Positions 47,318-60,291 of a stretch of DNA of 64,000 nt are shown piece after piece; position 1 is the first letter of the stretch, and each line of letters starts with the position of its first letter. Location of the stretch: the NCBI RefSeq assembly GCF_021028975.2, contig NC_059438.1:31620001-31684000 (forward strand), written 5' to 3'. The notes below the pieces were generated by a model. It searched no databases. It saw only the letters and a list, made by a program, of their open reading frames with translations, and was not told where the DNA came from. Made by a program: the position numbers and the translations under genes. Source of the DNA: Sphaerodactylus townsendi. Its lineage: Eukaryota.

Positions 47318-47922
47318 AGCAGTGGCGTAGGAGGTTAAGAGCTCGTGTATCTAATCTGGAGGAACCGGGTTTGATTCCCAGCTCTGCCGCCTGAGCTGTG
47401 GAGGCTTATCTGGGGAATTCAGATTAGCCTGTACACTCCCACACACGCCAGCTGGGTGACCTTGGGCTAGTCACAGCTTCTCGGAGCTCTCTCAGCCCCA
47501 TCTACCTGACAGGGTGTTTGTTGTGAGGGGGGAAGGGCAAGGAGATTGTAAGCCCCTTTGAGTCTCCTGCAGGAGAGAAAGGGGGGATATAAATCCAAAC
47601 TCCTCCTCCTCCTCCTCCTCCTCCTCCTTCTTCTTCTTCTTCTTCAGAGCAGGTGGAGTCTAATCTGGAGGACAGAGTTTGCTTCCCCACTCCTCCACCT
47701 GAGTGGCAGCGGCTTATCTGGTGAACCAGATGTGTTTCCGCACTCCTACATTCCTGCTGGGTGACCTTGGGCTAGTCACAGTTCTTCGGAACTCTCTCAG
47801 CTCCGCCTACCTCACAAGGTGCCTGTTCTGGGAAAGGGGAGGGGAGGCGAGCTTGTAAGCCACCTTGAGTTTCCTTACAGGAGAGAAAGGTGGGGTATAT
47901 ATCCCGACTCTTCTTCTTCTTC
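47318..47922 (+). mobile_element. Two consecutive Squam3-like SINEs
   Basis: Young copy 47318-47645 followed by an older-subfamily copy 47646-47922. Confidence 0.85.
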
Positions 47923-48637
47923 TAATAGGCAAGGCACTTGATATTGGCCTGTTATATAGAATAGCTTTCAATTGAAAATGGCTAATCATAGCAAGACTCT
48001 GACTTGGTTACCTGAGTTGTCCGGAGCTCTGTATAACAGATGCAAATGATCAACACACCCCTCAGTTCCAGCCAATCTCTGAACAAGAAATGCATCCGTC
48101 TGTCTCTTGAGGTCACCATGGAAAACTTCCAGGGAACTGTGAGCCTGAAGCATATTATGTCTGCTGGAACATATCCCATGGTTCCTGGGAGCTCAGTTGT
48201 AAATATTCTTTTATATACTCAACCTGTTAAGGAGATGTACTGTTTATAGAACACGGTGACAGTTTTTCAGGACTATTGCAAATTTTCAAGACTATTTCGA
48301 ATTCTTTGCTAGTGATGGTTGGCAGTGCTGTGTTCTTTGGAGAATGGAAGCGACTATCTTAACCAAAAACGCAAGACATCTGTTAACCCTTTGGATAATT
48401 CGACAGAAACAGGCCGTTTTATTTAAACCTATCTGACAGTGACTCTGAACCCTAAAAGGCATATCTCCCATATAAATTGATATTACTTTTATACTAGTTT
48501 AAGTTCCGTGATTTTCCCAAACGATCCTGGGAATTGCAGTTTGGGAAACGTTGCAAATTCTTTGCCAGTGACGGTTGGTAGTCCTGTGCCTAAACTCCTG
48601 CTCCTTGGAGAATGGGAGCGACTATGAAAACAATTTA

Positions 48638-49163
48638 CCGTATATACTCGTGTATAAGTTGACCCGAATATAAGTCGAGGCACCTAATTTTACCACAAAA
48701 AACTAGGAAAACTTATTGACTCGAGTATAAGTGTAGGGTAGGAAATGCAGCAGCTACTGGTAAATTTCAAAAACAAAAATAGACACGGTCGAGCGCTATT
48801 TGGGGGTCTCTGCCACTGACCCCCCCTCACCAATCTCAAGGTCTCTGCCACCGACCTCTCCATCCCGCAGCTTGTCCAGCTCACCCAGGTCGACTGGCTG
48901 TCACCCGCCAAGAGCCAAGGGCCAGCTGCCGCCGAGAAGAAGGCAGAGGCAGAGAAAGTGGCTGAAAGGGGGAAGGCAGAGAAGAAGACAGAGAAGGAGG
49001 CTGGAAGGGGGGAGGCACAGAAGAAGGCAGAGGAGAGTGAAGACGGGAGAGGGGGAATGCCACACAAGAATTAAGTGGGACCCTCACTCGTGTATAAGTC
49101 GAGGGGGGCTTTTTCAGCACAAAAATGTGCTGAAAAAGTAAACTTATACATGAGTATATAAGG
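48638..49163. mobile_element. Tc1/mariner (Tc2-like) non-autonomous element
   Basis: TIRs CCGTATATACTCGTGTATAAG / CTTATACATGAGTATATAAGG flanked by TA. Confidence 0.8.
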
Positions 49164-49730
49164 TACATTTGTAGTGCGGATGCGCCCTGGGGCAGAAGCT
49201 GGATCGCTTCTCAGGACTGCTTCTGCCTAGCAATTGCTGCTGATCCTACCGCTGGAGGAGAGCAGGCGCAAGCTCACTGCAGGGTTTATTTGGGTTCATA
49301 CAGAGCGTAGCAGAGTTCTTTCTTCCCTGCCAGCTGTTGTCCTGCTTTGCTTCCGTTCTGATGCAGGCTTGCGGGTTTGCTTGTTTGTGTGGCGTCACCA
49401 CATGCAGATGAAAGCCGTGCATCTTGTGTCATGACAGAGCGTTCCAGTTCACAGAGGTCTGGTTTTCCCGGCTTGTGCAACAGAGAGGCCCTTTCTTCAC
49501 ATCCCATGGGATTTTTGTGCGTGTGGCCGTGAAGCATGATTCATGACTCGTTGCTTTCACCCATCATTTGGCATGATGATGTGGCGCTGAGCTCTTTGAA
49601 GAGCAGGTACGCAGAAGGCTGTGCAGCATTGGTGCTTACAGCCTGAGTCTTGTTGGATCAGACCAGGGGCCCTTCTTGTGGTGGGTTCAGTGGTGACCTC
49701 TGGGAAGGTCATAAACAGTGCACGAAGACG

Positions 49731-50032
49731 GCAGCCAGCAGTGGTGTAGCGGTTAAGAGCAGGTGCACTCTAATCTGGAGAACCGGGTTTGATTCCTCGC
49801 TGTGCCACTCGAGCTGTGGAAACTTATCTGGTGAACTAGATTCACTTGTGCACTCCAACACATGCCAGCTGGGTGACCTTGGGCTAGTCACAGTTCTTCG
49901 GAGCTCTCTCAGCCCCACCTACCTCACCGGGTGTTTGTTGTGGGGGGGGGGGAAGGGAAAGGAGTTTGTAAGCCCCTTTGAGTGTCCTTGCAGGAGAGAA
50001 AGGGGGGATATAAATCCAAACTCTTCTTCTTC
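49731..50032 (+). mobile_element. Squam3-like SINE
   Basis: Full consensus with (CTT)n tail. Confidence 0.88.
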
Positions 50033-50855
50033 TCCTGTTGGGTGTCAGAGGTTTGCTGCTTTGTGAATCGGGTATGTGTGTTCTGTTTAGCGCTCACTGT
50101 GGCTCATTAGTCTATTCTCCATGAATGTATTTAATTCCCCCTCTCCAGCCATCTCTTGAACTTAACAGCAAAACAATTCCAAGACATTTTACACAAAATC
50201 AGCTCCAGCAACATGTGTGTACACACACACACGTGCACTTGTGCACATACGCCCCCTGTCCACTGCTGTCACTGGGGTGATCTGAGATAGGCAGTAGACA
50301 GGATCCTGCCCTCCATGGAGGAATTCAGACTCAGCTGAGAGCCTTGAGAGCCAGCGGGGTGCAGTGGTTAAGAGCGGTGGACTCTAATCTGGAGAACTGG
50401 GTTCGCTTCCCCACTCCTCCATGTGAAGCCTGCTGGGTGACCTTGGGCCAGTCACAGTTCTCTCAGAACTCTCTCAGCTCACATGGAGGCAGGCAATGGC
50501 AAACCAGCTCTGGACGTTTCTTGCCTTGAAAGCCCAATGGGGGTCTTCCTAAGTCAGCTGTGACTTGATGGTACACACTCACACTCACACACGCACACGC
50601 ACACAGACACACACACAGCTTTCCTCCTGCAGCTCATGCACCTTCACAATATTCTGACCCTGAGGAATGTCATGTAGGGTTTGCAGCAGGAAGGAGATGG
50701 AAATTGCCAATTATGTCTAGATCCAACCTGTTAGTTCTGCTGGTGGAGGGGAAGATCCTCTCTGGCCCCCGCCTCTCAGTTGAGGGCAGCAGTCAAAACA
50801 TGCCATTCCCATTCCCTCCCCACATGTGTTGCTGGGCCAGCAGAGTCTAGACCCG

Positions 50856-51159
50856 AAGAAGGAGGAGGAGGAGGAGGAGGAGGAGTTTGGATTTTTACCC
50901 CATCTTTCTCTCCTGTAAGGAGCCTCAAGGTGGCTTACACGTTCCTTTCCCTCCCTCTCCCCACAACAGGCACCTTGTGAGGTAGGTGGGGCTGAGAGAG
51001 TTCCAAAGAACTGTGACTAGCCCACGATCACCCAGCTGGAATGTAGGAGTGCGGAAACACATCTGGTTCACCAGATAAGCCTCTGCCACTCAGGTGGAGG
51101 AGTGAGGAATCAAACCCAGTTCTCCAAATTAGAATCCACCTGCTCTGAACCACTGCACC
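50856..51159 (-). mobile_element. Squam3-like SINE
   Basis: Reverse consensus with (CCT)n tail. Confidence 0.85.
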
Positions 51160-51528
51160 AGTTCACTACACTACACGCGAGCTCTCTTTAGAAGAAGCAG
51201 CAGGTCATAGTAGGGCTCTTGTTGCTTGGATTATGCGCAGTCAACAGAAGTTGGTGGCGACTGACTCACCTGAAAGCAATGGAACTTAAATTAATTGTAA
51301 GTAGCTGGTTCTTCTCTTGTTTTCTGTGGGACATACAGTGCAATGCTGTGCAGAATTACTCAAGTAAATCTGGGGCCATTGGGTTCTGAAGCCATTGTTT
51401 TCAGTTGGAATAATTCTGCGTGGGATTGCACTGTTAATTGGAGTAACAGTGCAGCATTCAAGTGTGATATGCTGTCTTGCTCTATTTACCCAGAAGGAAG
51501 GTTGGGTTTTTTGTTCAGGTGTGCTAAA

Positions 51529-51816
51529 AGAAGAGGAGGAGTTGGATTTCTATCCCCCCTTTCTCTCCTATAGGGGACTCAAGGGGGCTTACAAACTCCT
51601 TTCCCTTCCCCCCCTCACAACAAACGCCCTGTGAGGTAGGTGGGGCTGAGAGAGCTACGAAGAGCTGTGACTAGCCCAAGGCCACTTAGCTGGCATGTGC
51701 TGGAGCGCACAGGCTAATCTAGTTCCCCAGAAAACCTCCACAGCTCAGGCAGTGGGGAATCAAACCCAGTTCTCCAGATTAGAGTGCACCTGCTCTTAAC
51801 CACTATGCCACTGCTG
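51529..51816 (-). mobile_element. Squam3-like SINE
   Basis: Reverse consensus. Confidence 0.85.
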
Positions 51817-51993
51817 CGTCATACTGCATTTGTTTACAGAAGGGGGTCATTTGCTTACAACTGGTAAAAATATGTTAAACAGGGTTTTTTGGGGGGGGCG
51901 TTGTTTTACTTGCAGGATTATGTTCCTTTTAGGGTAAAAATTGTCATATGCCAAGGAAATATTGTTCAGTCCCTTTTTGCTCTTCTCTCGCAG

Positions 51994-52152
51994 GACTGTA
52001 GTTTATTCTACGCAAAACGATTCTGCCTCCCCTGTACTAACTCGCACATCGAGGAGTTTCCTTTGGAAATAAAGCAAGACCTGGAGAAAAGAGCTGGTTC
52101 CAAATCTCAGTCTTCACAGAAAAGAGATTCCAAAGGTGCAAAGAAAAAATAG
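51994..52152 (+). CDS. CDPF1: CDPF1 last coding exon (spliced CDS 384 nt, 127 aa)
   Basis: Encodes DCSLFYAKRFCLPCTNSHIEEFPLEIKQDLEKR...KKK*; polypyrimidine acceptor; in frame with preceding exons. Confidence 0.93.
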   Translation, partial: DCSLFYAKRFCLPCTNSHIEEFPLEIKQDLEKRAGSKSQSSQKRDSKGAKKK

Positions 52153-54000
52153 GATGGTTTTAACCAAAAGCAGAGCCTGACGGAGAGGGAGCCTTCTACA
52201 AGACAAAGGGGGGAAATGCTGCTTGAAGCAGAGAGAGATGGTTGAAAGCGGAACCTTGCCATTTGCTCAATGTGTTCCCATCGACAGAATCTCCTCATCT
52301 CCGGTTCAAAATCGGCATCTGGATTTGTGGCTGGAAGACTCTGGTCAGCAATGGCAGTGTCGCTATGTTGGTGTCCGATGGGCCTTTCTGGTCGCACCTG
52401 TTCAAGGCCAGGCATTTGTTGTAGGAGAAATGTTTCTGAAATACAAGACTTGTCCAACCAGCCAGCGGGCCAGATCTTTTATTTTTGTTTGGCCTTGTCA
52501 AATGAACAGTTGTACTTCATGGACCATCCCAGCAGCGGGGAGAGTTTGTGTGAGTCACTACAGGGCACGCATGCATAAAAGCCACGCATGCAATTAACTC
52601 CTCTTGGTATTTCTGGCTGGCTGTTTTCTTGGTCTCTCTGGCATTGAATTGGGACTTTCTACTGCAGTGATTGTTTTGCAGTCAGCTCTCGGGCAGAGTC
52701 GGGCCTCCTTTCAGTGGTGGCACCAGAATTGAGGAATCTCCTATTTGGAAAGATCCTACTAGCTAAAAATTCTCATTTGCCAGGCTGACTCTGCTATAAA
52801 TTTAATGTTTATGAACATACCTGAGTGTAAATCATAATTCTGCTAGCAGGATTCTACCCCTAGAAACGCTGAACAGTGAACATATATGCATGCTCAGAAA
52901 TACTCTGGGTAGGCAAACTCCTGAACTGAGATACTGACTAGATGTTAATATCAGTCAATTGAAAGTTAACAATAATTTCTGAGCAAACTAGTGTGGCACG
53001 TATTAAGCCTAATTCACTTTATGAAGTTGCTACCCAAATAACAAATCGGAATATGCATATATATATATTTAAAACCCTCTTAATTGAAACAGTCATCAAT
53101 GATTTCCTATTGTGTTAAAAAGGTGAACTGTTGAGTGTCAACCGATTCATGGTGACCTCCCCGCCTGACACGATTCTCAAAGCAACCAATAAGCAGAGAT
53201 GCTTGGCCATTGCCTTCCCATTTTGTTACAAAAGACAAATGGTACGTTGCAGCCTGTTTCATTAAAAGTACACAAAACAATTTTTAGAAATACTTTATTT
53301 GAACACGTTAAGGCAAAAATCACATTGTGAAATTACCCCTCTTTGCATACATTCATCAGTCTTACAGATGCATTTGAAGTGCACAGAAGTTCTAACAAGA
53401 TCCCAGAGTCATTAAATACATCTCATTATTCAATCCCTTATTATCTGAGCAGGAAAACTAATGTGAAATCGAAAGTTAGAAAAATACATTGTCAGTTAAT
53501 GGCCATTAGAACATGGATAGATCAGATTATTCTATTAAAAATGTTCTCATCTGTATGTTTTTTTGTTTTGCTTCGACAATGAGAAAGAAGAGAGATCAAC
53601 TTTTACATTTTTCTAGAAATGCTATGTTTACCTGAGCAGTTTCACCCTCATGTTTGAACACTACTAAATTCAGGTGCTGTTTTAAGAAATGTAACCTGAG
53701 CTAATGTGTCGTCTGTGTAGGAGACAAAGGTTTCTCCAACACAGTCAGGGGAGCCTAGAACACTAGCAAATTAAACCCCCTCAAGTGGTCCTATTCATCC
53801 CCACCTATACTGAATTTATAAGTGCTTCAAATTTTCAAAACAGCAGATGGTTTAATTTTCACTTCATATGTAAGCATGAACACAGAGAATTTACTTTAAG
53901 AATACGCCCTGCATTCCTTCTCAACAAGCTTATGGACGTGCAACCTCAGAAATTACCCCACAACTGAGCTCAAAGAAACAGACACCTTAAATGTCTAAGG

Positions 54001-54126
54001 CAGGGGTGGACAACCTATGGTGCTCCAGATGTTCATGGACTACAATTCCCATCAGCCCCTGCTGGCAGGGGCTGATGGGAATTGTAGTCCATGAGCATCT
54101 GGTGCACCATAGGTTGGCCACCCCTG
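54001..54126. mobile_element. Palindromic hAT MITE
   Basis: Hairpin with 8-bp TSD GTCTAAGG. Confidence 0.88.
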
Positions 54127-56865
54127 GTCTAAGGGTTGCCTTCCACATTAACACCATTCATTTTAACTAGTTGGTTATTTTTATCATTATTTTCTTGTTA
54201 ACATTTGCATATCATGGATTACTTTTTAGTCAAAGATTGTAACGGCCTTCACGTAATCGATCCCTGCTTGTAACCTGGGCCAGGCGAGCTGCCACGGTTA
54301 GCAGTGCTTCACGCTCTCAGTGATTGCACATATGAACCAACTCAAATTAATGTGGAACTTGAGTTATTTTTGAGCTAATATTTGAAGGGCACTTTGACTC
54401 TCAAAAGCTCATGCCCTGAAAATCGTGTTGGTCTCTAAAGTGACAATTGGTCTCAACCCTAGTTCTTCTTCTGCAGACCAACATGGCTGCCCTTGGAAAC
54501 TATCTTCTTGAACCAGTACAGTTGCCCCTCCCGCATTGCAACTTCCCTCACTGTGGTTTTGACTGATCACAGGTTGGGGTCAGACCCCACCCCCCAACAT
54601 GAGCATCCCCCCCAAAACCTCCCCAAAGTGGGCCCTGGTACCACAAGGGGGTGCCTATGAAAAGCTCCCCACGTCTGCCGCTATCAATGGGCCATCATTG
54701 CCAATGCCTCGGTCTGCTGCCTCTGCAACAGATGAATAGCTGCTGCTGCACACAGGCCACCTAAAAAACCTGCAGCTCTGATGCAATTTTACCCGGTTTT
54801 CCACATTGTGGGGGCACTGCACCTGTAACCCCAGCAACGTGGGAGGGACAACTGTAGTAGTAAAGTTAGTCTAAGGCAGCCTTGCCACAGAATACAATAC
54901 AAGATGGCTGATAACACTGGATGGGATTCTACTTCCTTCAAAATAAAAGGCATGATGACTCTGCAAGCAGTAAGAGGTGCAGCCCAAAGACACTCGTTGT
55001 TCATGTAGCACCCCCGTTTTGGATCCTTGTTTAAGGATACACTACACAGTTAGAAAGCACACTGCCAGTTTTTCAGATAACCATTTTCCCCACATCTACA
55101 TTACTTCCGCCTCAAGAATTAAACAAGTTGATGGCGTGATGTGATGAATCACATCAAGTCTTGCAACCTCTTGCCAGCAAGGATTTCCAAACTTGTGTGA
55201 ATCACTGCACGAGGAAGGATTCTCGGCGCTAACATGTTTGAGGTCACCTTGACTATACTAAGCTCACACAGGCACTTGAACAATGAGTCTGTAGGGCTAA
55301 CATTACCAGTAAATCTTTAGATGATCAATCCCTCAAACTATAGTCACAGTCCGTGAAAACTGTTCTACACAAGATGTCAGCCAGGCAGCCCAATCTGGGG
55401 CGGAGGGTGCGAATTCCACCTGAGTGCTCATTCCACCAGTGCAACAGGCAAATGTGCCAATGGAAGGGCCATTTACTCAGGCAGCCAAGCTCTGCAGTGC
55501 CTGACTCAAAAAGTGTCCTCACTTGCCCAGGCTAGCCAGCGCAGAACACTGCACCAGCGCGGCTGGGTGCATTCCAGGGACTAGGGCTGACCTTAGTCGG
55601 TCTCCAGAGCCCGATCGGCCCCCATGTGCTCACAGAGCTGCTGGTAGAGATACACCACAATTTTGGTGGCGAATCTCTATTCTCCCTTACGGGAAAGTGG
55701 TGTGTGTGTGTGTGCGTGTGGGAGGTTGGGTTTTACTTTTTCGGGCTTCCCGCACTGCAGGAGAGCCCTTTGGAGAGGGCAGTGTGGCTCCATCCCCATC
55801 CCCACCCCCCATCACCTCTGGATTGGGCTGTAAGTCTTGGTCGATTCCATTCCCATCTGTGATCGAACAAACTTCATAAGAAACATACGATAAGTTTGGG
55901 CCACAACATACTCAGAAGCAAAGCAACAGAAAATATGGTTACAGCATAGAACAGATACAGTTCACTACATCTGACTGAATTCTTTACAGGTTAAGTTTTA
56001 CTGCCGCCTCAAATTGGAAAAAAACAGTGCAGGAAAATAAACGTACAGGCTGTCATGAATAGAGTAATCTGTTCTGAAGCTTCTAAACTGCTCTACTGAT
56101 AAACATGAGGTGTAACCGTTCGTTGCAATCGTCCGTCAGTAAAAGTAGAAGTGGACACTGCCAATCACTTCAGAATGCTTCCAAATAAAACCCTCAAGTC
56201 ACATATTTAAATTAGCTGTTTCCACAGGTTCAACCCTAAGCCCCTGGATGGCTGGTACTCTTGTCATTTCTATGCTCAGCAATTGACTCTATAGAAGCTC
56301 CAGTGTTTCAAATTATTGTCCATCCCATCCAGAACTGGTGCTTTGCAACCCTCATTCGTTTTAAAGATGCTGGTGCGTGGAATCCCACAAATGCAGCTGT
56401 GAATCCAGTACACAAACAGCCCATATGTACACCTACAGTGATGGAAGGTAGGTCATGTGACCCCTACTTAGCTGGAGACCAAGTCTTCTCAATTCGGTGA
56501 AGTTTCCAACATTCGTAAACAATTCCATTACAGTACCCTTTAGACATTTACTACTCTGAGTACCTGTAGTGCAGCTTAATGGGAATTGTAACTCTAAAGC
56601 TGTGGCCTTCAACCTACAGGTTAGGTCCCTTAGGTCTGTCACAGGGTCCCGCTCCCACAAAGCTACCTTTTTCATTTTTTTCCCTGGAAGACCTGCTCCT
56701 AGTGCGCATGCATGGCCAGAAAGGGCATACTGTTGGAATTTCCAGCCTTGTTTGCATGCAGCAGAAGCAGAAGCAGCAGGGAATTCTGGGAAGCTGCATG
56801 AACATTCTAAAGGTGACAGTTAAAATCCGTTGGTAGTGTTCTGTTCCCTCACTTCACACACACTA

Positions 56866-57005
56866 CAGGGGTGGCGAGCCTTTGGCACTCCAGATGTTAT
56901 GGACTACAATTCCCATCAGCCCCTGCTGGCAATTGGCCATGCTGGCAGGGACTGATGGGAATTGTAGTCCATAACATCTGGAGTGCCAAAGGTTCACCAC
57001 CACGG
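56866..57005. mobile_element. Palindromic hAT MITE
   Basis: Same hairpin family (CAGATGTTATGGACTACAATTCCCATC arms). Confidence 0.82.
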
Positions 57006-58649
57006 CACGAGGAGACTCCCTGACTCACTAAGATGTGCTCTGTATACTGCTCTGTAAACCAAATGATATATAGAAAGTGCTCTGACTAGACTATAAGATA
57101 TCGTAACACAACCAAACTGTAACAAACCATGAGCCGTGCATGAAACTAATATTTGTAACACTTCGTTAATGTATGTACTGTATGTTTTCTCTCTCAGTTT
57201 AAGTAAAGTTCTGGTTATGTTATTATGAACTCCTGAGGAAAAACGGCTGGTCTTTTAGAGAGAGAAACTATTCTAATTTGACGTGCCGCAAAACATTAAC
57301 CTCACACCTCTTTCAGCACACCCACGAAAAGCAGGAGGTGGCAACGGTGAGACCGTGAAATTATAAAGATAATTCTTCTTTGGCACAGGCTAGTTGTGAG
57401 AATCTGACTCTTCTTTGATGTCATGTGGTGTCCTGTCACATGCTTCATGCTGCCTCCTCATGGTTAAACACCACCACCACCACCCCAAGTCTGGAACTAA
57501 AGACCACTGCTTGAAAGCAAACAGTCATTACACACTTCTGATTCCCACCCTTGATATTTTTACATCTAGGAAGGCACCCATATTGGCAATATCAGAACAC
57601 AGGATTTATGGTAGTTGTGAACATACCAGATCAACAAATAGTTTTAAATGTTAGCACAGCACTCTTTCTACATATATATTCCTGCCGATATTTTATGAAA
57701 TGAAAAATGGATGAGATACCCTATTATATTTGACTATGCAAGTAGCAGCAAATTGTCAGTTTATCTTTTAACCATCTCACTAGGGGAACAAGAATAGTGA
57801 ATGCAACATCATTAAGACAGAGGTGTGTGTCAAGTAGAAATGCCAACAAATGAAATCCAAGAGAAGACTTTGCAAACAAAGATGCACGTAAATCTGGACT
57901 CAATTCCCATTATCCCTATCAAACTTTGGTGGGACAGTAACAGTGGCAGGCTTGGGTTTTTGGGGGAGGGGCAGAACTTATCCCCTCCCACAAATAAAGC
58001 ACTGAGGTTGTGCAATTTTTGCCTAGATTGCCGAGTGCCAAAAGATTCAGTAAGGCATAGGACATAGTATGATGACAGCTCCCCCACAGCAGACCTGTAT
58101 CTTGACAGTAAGAATCAACTGGAAGGGGAATTGTAACTGCTCAGGTTACATGAAGGTTGCTAGCTACACAACCCATCCGTAACTTGGTTTTAGACCTCTG
58201 CCGTTCTTTCTGCGTAACGGAAAATATTACATTTAGAGCTGCAGAAGGTACCTTAGCCAAATGTGCACATCTTCTGCTCCAGATGAAGGCGATCTGCTAA
58301 AAGAAAGACTTTGGGGGAGGACAATGGCCCAAGTGCAGAAGACAGCCCAGGCATCCATTAAGCCCCCCAGGTGCTAATGGTAAGGACTTCGCATTTAATA
58401 GTCTCATGCGCCTCTTCCTTGATCACGAGATCTAACTAATCTGAGAACTACTGAGAATGCTTCTTTGGCTTGGACTACCAGATGATTTCCCAACTGTACC
58501 CTGTTCAGGATAAAGAGGAGGGTGCGGTCCTGCGTTCTGTACAGGAAGTGACAGCTGTCTGCTTCCGCCAGAGAAAATAGTGCCAGATCAAAATAACCAT
58601 TAAAGAACCACTTCTTATTTGCAGCTTTCCTTAAAAATATCCTTGGAAT

Positions 58650-58870
58650 GGGGTGCTGTGTGGTTTCCGGGCTGTATGGCCGTGTTCTAGCAGCATTCTC
58701 TCCGGACGTTTCGCCTGCATCTGTGGCTGGCATCTTCCATCTTCTGAAGATGCCAGCCATAGATGCAGGCGAAACGTCAGGAGAGAATGCTGCTAGAACA
58801 CGGCCATACAGTTCGGAAACCACACAGCACACCAGTGACTCTGGCCGTGAAAGCCTTCGACAATACATTA
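58650..58870. mobile_element. Penelope-like palindromic element with hammerhead motif
   Basis: Two ~90-bp inverted arms; + strand CTGAAGA (58744-58750)...GAAAC GTC (58771-58778). Confidence 0.8.
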
Positions 58871-59990
58871 AACTGGGAATATTTTAAAGAGCATTTTTGT
58901 CACCATTAACAAGCACTGGCAAAAACCTGCCTGTTTCCACTTGGAGACACTCCCCTCCATGTAGAAGCTGAACAATATTAAATGACAGATATAGAACAAT
59001 ACTAAACGTTTCATGTCTTTTACTAAGGTGCGGGGGAATTGAACCAGGCAGGCACTAGGACCCCAGTGGAGCGTTCAGCTAAGAAGTTCCAGGAAAAAGC
59101 CAGAAAGAAGCTGTGGATTGGTCTACAATTCAGTTCTCATCTTTATCCTGAACAGTGCATACCAAATTTTTCTTTTGCTCCGATCGTACATATGAGCAGA
59201 CGTTGAATTCCTTCCTCTCCTCCACCCCAACCCCCAGGCACTGTTTTGTGGCAGTACACCACTGGAGGACCAACAGGAGGCTACAGTGAAACATTCAACT
59301 GCTATTTTTCAAAGATTCCTTACACTAAAACAATCCACTGGACATGGAAAGGCACCACAGTTGCATCAGAGCTCAACCCAATTCCAGGCATTACAGTATT
59401 TTCTATCCTGTCAGATACTACAACTGTGTATTTAGGTTTGACTTCTAATTATGTAAATCTACAAAGACGCATCTCTTAGTCACCAGGGCTAATCTCAATG
59501 ACATGTTGGGTGATTCCCACTGACAAGGGTGAACAATTAAGAGATTCAGACTCATACTGGAAGGTTTTCTTATCTAAATATGTTCAGAAAAGTAGTTCTC
59601 CATCACTAGAATCCAAATCTGAAGCCATTAATATCGGATACAAATGTGCAAAATAAAAATAAAAATAAAAGAAGTGGTTTCTAAGCTGCTGAACGAAAAA
59701 CATTCCATCCTTTCGCATGACAAAAATCAGTGCAAGAACCTCCCCGTGGTTCGTTTGGGCTCGCCACAGTGGCCCTTCCATAGAAGTTGAACATTTTTTT
59801 TGAAGAATCTAAATTGTTTAGATTCACAGATTTCCATAATCTGTGGAGGTAGCAGATTTCATTTTTGGAAAACAAAACTAAGAAACAAAACATTTGTTCA
59901 ATATCGATGCTTGTGTTATTGCCCCAACCCTATGCATTTCGAAAGGTAGTGCAAACAGCTTCCCATTGAAACGACTAATATCCACTAGCC

Positions 59991-60291
59991 CAGGGGTGTC
60001 CAACTCTGGCGCTTCAGATGTTCATGGACTACAATTCCGTCAGCCCCACTGGCATGGCCAATTGGCCATGCCAGAGGCGTAGCTGCAATGGGGATATCTG
60101 GGGTGGCTCGATCCGGGTGCTGCCATTGCAGTCATGAGGGGGGGCGGGGGGTGTCGGTGGTGGGAGGGGGCACGTGTGCAGTTCATGCCCTGGGTGCAGT
60201 TCCCCCTCCCTTCGTCACTGGGCCATGCTAGCAGGGGCTGATGGGAATTGTAGTCCGTGAACATCTGAAGTGCCAGAGTTGGACACTCCTG
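59991..60291. mobile_element. Palindromic hAT MITE with a nested hAT insertion (60072-60220)
   Basis: Hairpin arms interrupted by a CAGAGGCGTAG...GTCACTG element flanked by TSD GGCCATGC. Confidence 0.82.
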
